A DNA stretch of 64,000 nucleotides from contig CM114271.1 of NCBI GenBank assembly GCA_050084515.1, positions 21,080,001 to 21,144,000 of the forward strand. The letters run 5' to 3'. A model generated the notes under the pieces. That model worked only from the letters and a program-made list of their open reading frames with translations, searched no databases and was not told the DNA's origin. Both the position numbers and the translations under genes were made by a program. The DNA is from Blasia pusilla (Eukaryota). Every line of letters starts with the position of its first letter. Position 1 is the stretch's first letter. Positions 22,742-35,500 of the stretch are shown piece after piece.

Positions 22742-25700
22742 TAAGGCTCGGATAGTACCGACATCCTTTGAAAGGTTTCCGGAAAATTCAAGATTTTCCG
22801 ATCTGCTCAACTCAGGCTCGGGGAGGAAACTGAACGGGAAAAGAGACTCGCCGGAATTCAGCAAGTTCAAGTCACAAACGCCAATAGTTTTGAGGAAAGC
22901 GGCTGGAATTTCCTCGCGGCATAGCCGAGGCTCGTCGACGGGTTTAGGGATTTTCCATTAGGGGGCTAGAGGCGCTGGGGAGCGACAGGTGTCGAGAGGG
23001 TAGTGGATAAGGGGCCGGGGTGCAATGTTCATCTAGCGGACCCTTCTAGGGTGCGGTTGATCCAACGACTGAGTCGGTTTCGAGACTCGGGAGAGAGGGA
23101 GTTGGGGCCCAGGGGAGTAGGGGTCGGGAGAGTTGGGCATTTGCTCATTTTGCTCCTCGCTGAATCATGCTCCTTGCTGCTTGCTCGTCGCTGAGTCTTG
23201 TGCTTACTCCTTGCCGCTTAGTGTTCCTCAAATCCTCGCTGCTCGACCTCTGCTGCTAGCTCGACACTGCTCACTCGACGCTCATCACTGTTGCTAGAGT
23301 AGGGGACTTGGGGCCCGAGGGAGTAGGGGTCGGGGAGAGTTGGGGAGTGGGGACTCGGTCCTCAATCCTCATTTTCTGGATCTTGCGCTTTTAACCAGCC
23401 TCATCACTCGTGATAGCCCTCTTTGTAGCTTGTTGCTCTTTGTTCAAAGATTAGTGAGTGGCTTGTTGACAGCCTGACACTCCTACTCGATTGTGACTTT
23501 CATTGGCAGCTTAGATTCTTTGAAGTTGGCTTCACTAGTTTGAGTCAAACTTTTTGGCAACATTTTCTTCTGGTTTTTCCTTTTGTATTGTGGGTAGTTG
23601 TTCTCTCTACCTCAGGGAGGCCTTTCCTTGAATCCTTGGGTGTTCATTGGCACACTCGGCCAATTAGACTCTAAACCCTTGAAACCGTCTGAGCCTAAGC
23701 CCTTTACAAAGGGTTTCACAATAGCGTGTATATTAGAGACTACAAAACTGAACTCTCAAAGTCCCTTATGGAGGATATATCAGCCAACAATGCATCTAGG
23801 GGTAAGAGACAAAAATCTCTTATTGATCTGGGGTTTTTGAGGAGGACTATTAGTGATCGAACCAAGTAGAAACCAACTCATGTGAGGAGATAGATTCTCC
23901 TTCGGATCTTGCCTCTTCAAAGACTAAAGAGAACAAAAGGTTTTGGAAAGACTCTTGGTATCAAGCTTTTGATTGGGTCCATTAGCCTCACACGGGGAGG
24001 GTATTTTGTAAAATGTCCAAGGACTCAGGAGGGAAATCTGTATTAACCACATTTGGAGCTATCAATGTGAAGATTTCTGCCTTCATAGACCATGGTAAAT
24101 CCAAGGAATATAAAAAGCTGGTTTGGGCTCAGTATAGTGGTAGGAAAACTCTAGAGAAAGCTATTGCAAGCACCAAAAGAAATTATGATTTAGCGGTGCT
24201 CAACCTATTTCGATCGAGGAGCATACTTCATGGCCAAGTATAATATTGCATTTTCCTCATTCCCTAGTCTCTATATATTACTCAAATCTGGATCTATGGT
24301 GCTCGTAAAATTGATGTATCAAGATAACAAGACATGAGTACATATGATAACATGTATTAGTTCAATTGGTATTACAAAGATTGTTGCTAGCTAGGGTTAG
24401 ACTTAGCCCCATTTATGGACAAATGGTGGATGAATCCATTGACATATCGGTAACAGGACACCTGGTTGCCTTTGTCACTTACCTTGATGAAGGTCAAGTG
24501 TGCACCTCCTTCTTAGGATTGGTCAAGGTTGAGGGCAAGGATCACGAGTCCATTTCAAATTGTTTAGTATCCTTACTTAGGGAATCGGAATTGGATTTTG
24601 AGAAGATGGTTGGTTTTGGGTCTGATAGGCCCAACCCTATGATAGGTACTAGGAATGGGGTAAGTACAAGTTTGAAGAGGAATGTTAATCCTTATATGAC
24701 AAGCGTCCATTGTGTGGCACATTGGACAAACTTAGCTGCTCTTGCTACAACAAAGAGCCCAAGGTGCAAGGAAATTAAGGATGAGGTGGATAACATTTTG
24801 AATTTTTATTTCAAGTAGAGTTCAAAGAGGAAGTCTGGTCCCTCTTCTCTACAAGAAGAGCTAAATGATTCTAGGAAAGTCATGAAACGTTATCACAAGG
24901 TCAGATGGCTTAGCAGGTGGCAAGCCGTTCCCTCTTTGTGTGATAGTTTAGAATCGGTCATGGTCTACTTCTCTATTGTAAATCCCAGGGATGATGATGG
25001 GGTAGCTTCACTTCTTCTAAAGAGGTTGAAGTCCTTCAAAATGATTTACATTTTATACTTTTTGGGTGACATACTTCGTTCTATTGCAATATTGAGCAAG
25101 TTATTTCAGATGAAATTTGTTGATATATCTAGCGTTGCTTCTATTGTTCAGATTGAGATAGCACGTGTTAGAATGAATTATGTACATGAAAGTGTAGATA
25201 TGAATGCCTATCTCATTTCTCAGTCTAGTGGTTTTCATCTCCTTCCGAACTATGGTCCTAATGATGGATATCTGAAGCGCTTGCAATTAGAGATAAGGGG
25301 TTCTTTCTTTCATTCAATCCAAATGGCTAGGGATGTGACAAGAAAGGATTTAGAAGACGCAATCTTTTTCAAAAGGAAGTTTGTTGAGGCCATATGTGTA
25401 GCTTTGCAAGAAAGGTTTGAAGACAATAACATCACCAGAGGTATTAAGATACTCAATCCATCCCAAATGCCTTCTACCATGCCTAGTTTAAGAGATTGGG
25501 GTGTGAGAGACTTGGAAATGTTGAGCTCTTTCTATGGACAGGAAAAAACATTGGATAGCAAGGTGAAAAGACCTCTTCTATATGAATGAATTCTTGTCCT
25601 TCAAGATTCATGCCATCATATAATGGAAGGAGAAGTCCTTCAAGGACTTATGGTGTATGATAAGTGGTAGTTTGAGCCTGAAGACTAAGTATGCTAATCT

Positions 25701-26421
25701 CAATATTTTAGGTGATATAGCCTGAGTCCAATGTGTATCAACAACATCATATGAGAGAGCTTTTAGCATTCAGAATGTCATTAAGAATAAGTTAAGAAAT
25801 AGCTGAACCTCTTAACACTTGGAAGCTTTGTTGAGGGTTAATATGGAGGGTCCAACTGAGAATTTTGATGTGGATGAGGTCCTCATTTCTACTATGGACA
25901 CATGGAAACACTCCAAGGAATATAGATTTGTGTATGCTAATCCATAGTTGTACATTGGTCCTCCCGTTGAAGTTGAAGCTCCTGCGGAAGGTGAGCTTAA
26001 CCCTAACCCTCTATGACTTCATTTCATTTTGCAATTGTTTTGGTAGTTCTTTATTTTCTGTAGATTCAAATCCCTCCTACAAAGAGAGTTCATTTTATGA
26101 ATACTCTTTGTAGGAAGGGTTTTTAGCACCTTTGGCCCCCAAATGGTAGGGGGAATTCTGATTCAACTCCAGCCAGCCGTTAACAAAAGAGGAGGTGAGC
26201 TAAGAAGGCTAATGGGGGACTTTTCTTTTTATCAAAACTAAACTAAAGGTTAGAAATTGGTGACAACAAAAATTGGCATGCCAATTCCAAGCCCATAAAA
26301 AAACTGGTGGCTCAAGTTACATGCAGGAAAGTAGAAAAATCTTGGGGAAAACCAGAAAACCTAAATTTTTTGAGGAGTCCCAGAAAAAATTGATTTACTC
26401 GAAAATACTGTCCGAGCCTTG
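22742..26421 (+). mobile_element. hAT DNA transposon, decayed
   Basis: TIR TAAGGCTCGGATAGTA (22742) vs reverse complement CAAGGCTCGGACAGTA (ending 26421), 14/16; 8-bp flanks ATTTTGGG/ATTCTCGG, 6/8; internal transposase. Confidence 0.85.
23930..25950 (+). pseudogene. hAT transposase (ZNF862-like)
   Basis: MVDESIDIS, GFGSD, SVHCVAHWTNLA (CxxH), VRWLSRW, and C-terminal dimerisation-like ST..ERAFS.QN.IK; stops and frameshifts. Confidence 0.88.
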
Positions 26422-27079
26422 ATTCTCGGTATTTTTCAGAGAGAACCTGCACATTTTAAATTTCAAATTTCAAAATTTCAAAATTTGAAAGTTTGAAAGT
26501 TCTTTTGCTCTTAACCCTAATAGTGACGCAAATGGAGCAAATGATGACTTGATAAGAAGGCCTCGATAAACCCGTAATGAGCGTGCAAAAGAGGGGACTC
26601 ATAAAGACCACAAGCAGCCCGGACATCGGGGAAATGGATTGGGAAAGAGGATCTAGTGTGGCTAGTTTCCGTTTAGGGATGAACTTTGCTCCATGGCACG
26701 CGTATTTGTAGCAGGGTCCGTGGAGTTTTTTTAAAAGAGGGGGTAAGTTTCTGGCAGTAGGTTGAATTAACCGGTAATTTTTAATTTTTAATCAGTTTCA
26801 AAATGGAATATTTGAAACTCTCGCGAAATTTCTGGGTTTTTCTTTAATTTTTCAGTAATTTTCCGAAATTTTATTTTTCTCCCCAGTTCACGTGGCTACT
26901 CTCATTTGCCTTTGCTAATATCTGAGACATTTTGAAATACAAGGTGCTAGAACCAAATTAGGCACCTAATAGGGGACGTAAGTATTCTTTTGACCTATTT
27001 CAAAAGAATTTTGAAGATAAAAACCAAATTTTTTTGATGTATGTTTAGAGTAACTTCACTTAAAAGAGATCTCATTCCA

Positions 27080-29172
27080 AAAACATTTCATTCCACTTTT
27101 TTACATTTAGGGACCCATAGGGAACCATTGATACATCAACAAACTCTTTCCAAAAATGGCTTCTAGGAACTAGATAGATGGGCAACATCACTAATCAGCT
27201 TTTTAAAATATCCTGAAAATAAGTCTCATGAAAGGGACCCCAATCCCTAATCCAGCTTTTCCTCCTCATCCAAAAACTTCACTTGGGTGCAAGTTACACA
27301 AATTTCCTGAATTTCTATCCAATAAAACATGTACCAAGATGAAAAAAATACCTAAAGTGTGTTATTATTCAAGTCAAGAAGTTGTTCAACCAACAAAACT
27401 TTCATAATCATCTATTTTCCTTTCTTTGGGCAATCCTAATAAATATTTAAATCTTTTGTCATTGTTCTATTTGCAACTTATTTAGTCTTAATCACAGGTG
27501 GAGAGTTGTTTTATAGGATTGTTACAATGTAGCAAGAAATGTTCGAATGCAATCACTAACAATTTGCTAAAATGAGCAAGGTTAGAGAACTTAGGGATCA
27601 AAACAGTTGCAAGGATCTTATGGAGCTTCCAAGACGGTAGGAAGCCAAAAAGTCCTCTTAGTTCCAATCTTTCCAAGTGACCATAAAGCTTAAATGATTG
27701 AAACATTGTTGGCACAATTAACCCGACACTTAGTAAAGAACAAAAGATGTGAAGGTGTAAAGATATATCCCAAAATGATTCAATCACTGAAGGTCGGATA
27801 TTTTCCAAGGTCTTTTACAACCCAACTATTTGGTCCCAACTTTGCTTGAAGGCAGGTTGATTCATTATCCTCATAGCACTAATCAAGTTGTTATGAAGAG
27901 GTACAAACACTCTTAAAAATTTTTTGGTTATCCTTCCCTGTCTGATTCCTCAACATTTTATTCTATGGAACTCATTAATCTCTCCTTCCAAATTTCAAAT
28001 AAGATATTGAGGTCTCAAGATGATGGTAGAATGTGATGCCAATTTGTAGAGAAAGTGGAGGATCATTTCACATGATCTATTACAAAATTCATTTTATGGA
28101 AGCTATTTTTTTCTTCTTACTACCTTGGTAGTAAGATGTTCAAATATAAGTTTGGAAGATGTTAGTACCATAGGTTAGCAAGAAGAAACAAAATAGCTTC
28201 CATAACAAAATTTTGTAATGGAGAATCTTGAAATGATGCCTCCACTTTGTTCAACAAATTGGTTATCACATTACCATCATCTTGGTCCTCCAAGGGTTAT
28301 TTGAAAGCGTTTACAACTGAATTAGGGGAGAGAGTTCCATAGAATGAAAGTTGAGGAACATAAACAAGGAAGGATCTAACGCCTTGTTGTTTCAAAAGAG
28401 AAAGTTTTGTGGTACTTCTTCATCACTTTAAGGATAACGTTCAATTTGCAAAGTTGCAAGACCACACTTCCTCTTAAAAGCCTTCAAAATGGGACTAAAT
28501 AGTTGGGGTTGAATGGAATTGGATGATCTTTACACCCTACATCTTTGTTGTCGGACTTAACCTTCAAAGGTCACTTGCAACCTTCTTTACAAACAACATA
28601 AACAAGAGTTTCAATCATTTAAGCTCATGGTCACCACAGAGTGGAAAGATTGGAACTTCATTTGGGCTATGGTAAGTTGGAAGCTCCATAAGATCCAAAG
28701 GCACTAGTTTTGATCCCTAACTTGCTCTAATTTTATCAACTCCAACAAATTGTTAGTGATTGCTATTTGTGAGAACATTTCTCTGGACATTGTAACAACT
28801 AAATAAAAGATTGACAAAGGATCCAGATGTTGTTCTTAATTGCCTTAGAGGGAAAATAGATGAACAAGGTGTTTTGTTGTTGAATATCTTGGAAGAATTC
28901 AAAGACAATCATTATCCCAAAGAAAGAGATTGTTTGCACTTTAGAAAGGTTCCTCCTAAGAACAATTTAAATGATATAATAACACCATAGTGCACAAGTT
29001 TTTTCATCTTGGAAAAGTCAAGGTTATAGGTGCCTTTCTAATAAATCAACAACTTTTATTAAAAAGCTTCAATGAATTTTGAAAATGGTAAGGATCCTTT
29101 GGTTCCCAATGAAATGGGAGGCACATTTCAAGAGTCAAGGATGAAGTGAAATGTAAAAAAAAGTGTGAAATG
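27080..29172. repeat. Long diverged inverted repeat (fold-back), ~1 kb arms, centre ~28145
   Basis: Several collinear reverse-complement blocks, e.g. 27678 GTGACCATAAAGCTTAAATGATTGAAAC vs 28608 GTTTCAATCATTTAAGCTCATGGTCAC, and 27551 AATCACTAACAATTTG vs 28746 CAAATTGTTAGTGATT. Confidence 0.85.
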
Positions 29173-29384
29173 AATCGCTATAGCCTTGGCCATGGATATG
29201 TTGAATATTTGCAAATGCAAGCTTCAAGTGCCAAAAGACTTACCAAGTCCAAAAGAACGGAAAAAAAATTTCAATTAGTATCTCAAAATAGAAATGAAGT
29301 CAAAGGAGCTTTTCCCTTCTTGAGCCTCTCAAGTACAAAAGGTTGCATAACCTCTGATTCAAAGTAAATAGGTTACTTCCATCC

Positions 29385-29615
29385 AATTTAGTAACATCCT
29401 ACTTATTTAGGTCCTCTACATGGCTAAGAGGCCAATTGATTCTTTTGAATGAATGTTGTACAAAGGATATTGTAGAAGATTGGTCAATCAAGATCATCAG
29501 ATGATCTTGAGGTTGACCAATCTTCTACAATATCCTTTACAACATTCATTGAAAAGAATCAATTGGCTTGGAAGGACCTATGGTATAGCTAAATGATAGG
29601 ATGAATTACTAAATT
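29385..29615. repeat. 230-bp hairpin (MITE-like or small-RNA precursor-like)
   Basis: AAAGGATATTGTAGAAGATTGGTCAA-TCAAGATCATC / GATGATCTTGA-GG-TTGACCAATCTTCTACAATATCCTTT, near-perfect around centre ~29499. Confidence 0.85.
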
Positions 29616-32224
29616 AGGTAGAAGTAGGATTTTTACTTTGAGCAGAAGTTTGTAGACAGGATAAGGGGAAAAGCTCCTTTGCTAGGGATTGAGCTATTAA
29701 TTGTAGGGTATGGGCAGATAGCTTGTGAGGGTGGCAAGCGACAAGAAGGGAGCAACACCCTAAGACAGGAAACTTGGAGCCAACTCTATGATACAACGGC
29801 TAGCTACAAAATAGAAATGAAAGAGAACAATAAACACAGGGACACGAAGGAAAGGTGAAGCAATCCCCCAAGATGCACAACTGATGCAGTCCGGAGCTCA
29901 AAGAAAAAGTGAAAGAGCCCTAAGCTCCAAGCAAGTAACTCAACAAAGGTGAAGCAACTCGGGCACAATGCAAAAGTGAAGCAGCCCACGACCCTAACTT
30001 AATGAAAAAGAGAATGAGGTTGAGCGAGCAGATTATGAAGAGTGAAACGGTAGCCCCGAGTCCCCAACCAACTGCCCCCGCACTACCTCCTAGAGCCACA
30101 CACTGGCACACAGTGTTGCCCAACCCCGAAAGCTGAAGACCCACTATGTCCGAGCTCCTGAGTTTCCTGAATCCGAAAGTGAAACACTTTGCCAACCACA
30201 AAGCTACGCGGCGTAGTACCCGCTAGCAGAAAAAAAAACTCGAGCAACTCGGGCTTGAACGGCCCGCCAATAAAGCAGTGTCGAAACGGAAAACTAAAGC
30301 AGCCTTGGGCTCAAAGCAGAACTGGAGCAGCCCTAGGCTCAATGCAAAAGTGACAGACCAAAGGTGAAGCAGCCGAGCCCTGACATGATGCAAAGGTGTA
30401 ACAGACCGCGGGCCCCAACTCGATCAAAATGAACTCACGAGAGGACGCATTTTGAATGAATGGAAAACTATAGCACCCCGGGTTGCTTACAAAGCAGCAA
30501 AACCAACACCTTGAAGAAAACGTTTTGACTCAATGCAAAACTTGAGCAACCCAAGGCTGATACAAATCAGCAAAAAAATGCTATGGTAGCCCAACCTCGG
30601 CACTATGCAAAACTGAAACAGCCCCCGAGTCCCAACTAGATGAAAGGCAACTCCCTGAAGAGCAACTCTATCTCAATGCATAACAGGAGCAGCTCGAGCT
30701 CGATACAGACCAGCAAGAGGGACTCACGGGAGAAAAGCACCTAGCTCCAAGGCAAAAGCTAGAAAGTCCCGGGCCCAAGCTCGATAAAAAAGTGAAGCAG
30801 CCCAACCGCGCAGATGTAGAGCAACTCAATAACGGAAGGACAATGTGCGAAGAAACAGAGTCAGAAAGAACAACCACACGGAAGCAAAGAAAATCTTCAA
30901 GAGAGAGAGAGAACGAGAGTGGAGGATGTGAAGTTGTGAACGACCCGAATAAGCCCCGCCCCGCACTACCCTCTGAGGCGCACTTCGGCCACACACTATC
31001 CCTTTGAGGTCCAGTCGAGATTCGAGAGTCGACAGTCGAGACTGCATAGTGGGGAGTGCGGACTCCGACGAGTGGACACTGGACTCCCGAGTCCGGACTC
31101 TCGAGCCTCCGGAGTCCAAAACGTCTGGGCCCAGTTGCCGCACCAGGCGGCTTGCCCTACGATGAAGGGCTCCGATCTCTTAGATCTGAGCCCTCCATCC
31201 CCAAGTGATAATAGATTCAGATTTCCGGGAACCGAAATGTTACTCCATTACAAACCGGCTTGTCTACATCTGTTCACAGTTGGAATCCGAGGGCTTTTCT
31301 CCCGTTTCGTCCGAATTCCGGTAGGTGTGATGCGAAATCCGGCTATTCCCGGCCAGCAAATCGCGGATTAATGTCGAAATACGTCGGAAATGTAACTGGG
31401 CATAATGTTGCAGCGACGGTAATTTCAAATTTCATCCAGCCAGGTATACTCTAAGCCCCGGTTCTCCCCATACATTGATTTGTAGACTTCCACGTAGCGA
31501 TTGTGCCTGTAGGCATTAGGGCGTCTCATAAATGTGTCTTAGGGTCGGACGTGCGAAGCCATAACTCTGTATATGGTCAAATTCCGTGCTCAGGTGCGGG
31601 CTACCGTTGGAGGTGGACGCTCACCTCCTACGGTGTATTTAAGTCGGAGGCCTTCAAACCTACGGAATCTCTAGATATATGGAAACCGTCTCTTGAAGGA
31701 CGGCCTCCAAGTGAGGCGCCCTATTGATTCCGGTAAAGCATGCCATGGAAACTGGCAAAATCGTACCAGTAATAGTTACGTGGAAGCTTGCTTGTAGACT
31801 GGAAGTCTACAAGCGGGCTTGCTCCATGGCGCAGCTTGATTCCACTTTTTTTCCTGGCATGGCATTTGTGAAAACTGCCCTCTTCAAAGGTGCCGATCGA
31901 TGTTGGGTTCGACCGATGTTACCAGGGGAATGGAGACGTTGATTGAGGACGATTAATTGGAGCAGAGCGGGGACTGGGATTCCTTCTCCTCTCTTCTCGG
32001 TCCTGCGGAGCCGGGTGATCCCGGGAGCCATCCTCGTCGTTTGCTGTTGTAGCCACAACAGCAAATGTGACCGTCGGAATGTCGAGACCTTGGATCCCTT
32101 GTTCAACAACAACTGCGATATCTTCGGCCGCACGTGAATCAGCGTGCGAGCCTTCTTGGCTGTCGGCCTCAGATAAATCAGCATGAGAACCTTGTTGGCT
32201 ATCTTGCATAGAAACCTGAGTGGC

Positions 32225-32510
32225 TTAAGTTGCCTCCATCTTAACGCTAGAGATGGATGCACCAATTGTAGCTCCAGTCTGAACATCAATGCCAAAATCT
32301 ACGTTTGCGACAGCAGGTGAATCAACTTTGGGCCTGTGACCGAAGAGTGCGTGCATCTGATAAAAGAAGGGGCACTTCTGGTTGAGCTTGTCTTCAAGTG
32401 GCACACATGCTCCAGTTTCGCCTTGGGGAAGCCCTGCTCCTGTATTATACATGAATTCCAATGCTACTTGTAGACTTTCACGTAACGATCGAACTTCTTA
32501 CGGAGAACAT
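32225..32510 (-). pseudogene. Fragment of a Myb/SANT-like protein of the kind associated with Harbinger elements
   Basis: KFDRY...TGAGL...LEDKLNQKCPFFYQMHALFGHRPKV resembles the CP.F..M..LFG.RP.V tail of such proteins (recalled, not searched). Confidence 0.45.
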
Positions 32511-35500
32511 CTCCTGTCAAGGATGGGAGATGCAATCGGCCTCCAATCGCATAATCCATGAATGGCTCTGAAGTTCTCAATCTATATAATATTCCAGAAT
32601 GTGCTCATAATCCTGATTGTTTATGGAGTACCTCGCTTTGTTTTGGGCTGAACCAATTTGCAAGGAAGAGAAGTAGATGGCAAACCTTTGTCAGCGTCGC
32701 GATTTTCCGTACCCTGAAGGAATTTCCCTATCCTGAAGATGAGGAAGCGGTGAATTAATTTGTTTCGAAAGGGGGTACATAAGAAACTACAATCAGGATT
32801 CAAGCGGCGATGAAAATTGCGGGAGATGATCTTACATCAGATCTGCAGCGCCAGAAATTTGAGCGAGAGTCCCAGAAGTTGTTGCTCCTAATGAGGCGCG
32901 AAGTTCTCAGGGAATTCGAGGAACAAGGATATGACATGCTGAGTGAGAACAAAAGTGAGAGCTTGTCCCTTTAACAGCATAGATTCTATCTCCGAGAAAA
33001 CATGTCTCGTCGGTGTATATCAAGAGGGCTTGAAGCTACATGCAGAGTCCTCCAAGTTCCTGGTTGAATTCAGAAAATCTATGCTAGAGGAGAGAAGACT
33101 TGCACGAGAATTCAGTGAGGAAGAGCAAGGGAGGATGGTGATAGAGATGGAGAAAATTCAAAGAGAATTTCACGAGGGAAAATCTTGAAGGAAGAACCCT
33201 GCCCAAGGTAGAGCTTATCAGATCTGGTTAATCCCCTTAAGAGTTGAAGGCTGTAGTGGAATTGACATCTACAACTGAGGAAAGCGGCGAGGACTAGAAG
33301 TCTGCATTCAGAAATCTATTGAGATTTTTCTGCTCGCTTCCAAGTTTCATCTTTTCATTGTCATATACATGTTAATAAATGTACAACTTCATTCAGGCCT
33401 CAAAGGGTGCGCACCTCTTTCAGTGGGTGTTTGTATTCAGGTACGACATTCGTTCTGAACTTTTATCTGAAGTCCGCCTGGTGCACGAGTCTTATTCACA
33501 ATAACCACCAGCAGCACCAACACTACCTGCATGTTCTAAAGATCCATCCAATCAAGTCCACAACAGGTTTCCTGATTTCTGAGGTCCTCAGTATTACTAT
33601 TTGCAACTTCACTCACACTTCAGTCATGGGCGGAGATTATAGGCTACTGGACATGGAGATCATCTCCTAACGTTTAAGCCTGCCAGCTCCTGAGTGGAGT
33701 GTTGCTCTTTTTGATGTCACTGAAAAGTCTGTGAGCATATGCTGAATTGAACCCTGACCCACATCTTCACACATTTTCCACTATCCTGTTATGGTATACT
33801 GGTCCTCCAAGTGAGGAGGTGTCAGTGGACAAGAGGGTTGATCCAGATGGTAGTGTGTTTAACAAATTCCTGGTGCCTAAGCGGATGCACCAGGGCCAAT
33901 TAGTTCACTGAGAGTGATTTTATTTTAGCCTTAAACTGTGCTCTGGAGCCTGCTCGGAATCAGTCTGTAAACTAGTTGAACGGAACCTTTCTGTGATGTT
34001 GAGGTACATGCGACAGACTAGAACAACTTGCTTTGCGAATTTAAGTGAAGCTTTGCCAATTGAAGTGAATCTCTACCATAACACGGCCGTGTCTGGACGC
34101 TTTCGTCTTTGTAGATTTTTTGAGCTAGAAACTTAAAAACCCACGGGCTGAAGTAGTCTACAGCTGCCTTATGAAGCCCGTCTATCTTTGTGATCACCAA
34201 GCTCTTCCAAGGAGATAAGAGGGCCCTAATAGAGCACATTCATCATAATAGTTGACAAAATTTCTCAGCGCGAATCTTCTTGGAGATTCGGTTGTCTCCA
34301 AGATCTCACAAAACTAAGTGCCTGTCGATCCTCCCAGCAAGGAAAATACATGTGCCCTCTTGAATGAGAGGGCAGCAGATGACCCTATTCCTCTGGTACT
34401 AGAAAGTGAAGAAACTTTCTAGCAAAGATGAAGAACATGAAAAGGTGGATATCTCAACAGTTTTTTCAGTCACTCCATAAACAATAACTGAAGTCAGCGG
34501 AGATCCCTAAACCGTAACTGAATACCACCAAGTCAACTATGACCCCGTTGAAAGCCACCCACATCATAGGTCCATGATCCGGTAGAGTAAAAGCCAAGCA
34601 TAGGCGAAGTTCTTTTCAGAGTGCAGTTATGCACAGTTTTCGAAGGAGAAACCTATTTCAGAGGTTCAGTACGCTGCTCTCCTTCTTGCTCCTGTCCTCA
34701 CTGTCAGTCTCTTTGAAATCACTGAGAGTCTAAATCTCAACCATTTCCATTTGAAGAATCTGATGGCTTGCAAAATTCAGATACCACTGGCTACAAGCAG
34801 GTGTACATACCTTCATTTATGTGACCCAGTAGACGCCAGGAAAATTGAAGCTTTATTGGTGCCCCGTAAAAATACGAGCCTGTCCATTTCGGAAAACTAT
34901 AAGCTGCAGTTCTTCCCTTACAACAGCCAAAACTAGTTCACTCATATTTGGTCTACATCCACTGCTTCCTCCTATCCTCTCTCCTTGTGGAAAACATGTT
35001 TACAGCCTCAAGTGTGCCCTGACTGTTGGTGCCATTGTGACTCTTATTCATACGATTATTGCCTAATTGATCTACAGTCTTATTTGCACTTATGATGTGT
35101 AGAGATGTTACTTTTGCAATCCGATTCCGAAACAGTTCAAGTAGTGCAAATAGGAATGGAAGGGTCAATGAGATTTGTAGGAGATGTACATAGGGTGACA
35201 AAGAAACACATGGGTCAGTTTGGAAATATTGTGAAATCTACTTTCACTCATTGTGAACTAGTGAGATTCCCATGGGGCATAAAGCTCAGGTTAATGAGAG
35301 AATGCTCGACTCCTACTAAAATAACAACACAGCATCCTGGATCGCAGTGCAGTTTGAGCTCTTAAGGCAAAGAAGCCAGAGTGACGAGCTATGCGATGCG
35401 CTCATCGTTATTTTCTTTGAAGGTAGAGACTTTTTCAAGCCCATCAACATATCACTCCAGGGCAAAAGTAAGGATGATAAGGACACGCTCTTATAATAGT

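Noticed and set aside
22660-27000. Possible outer TIR pair (TTACGCCCCCTA / TAGGGGACGTAA) around the hAT
   Set aside because: Only ~12 bp of similarity and no TSD.
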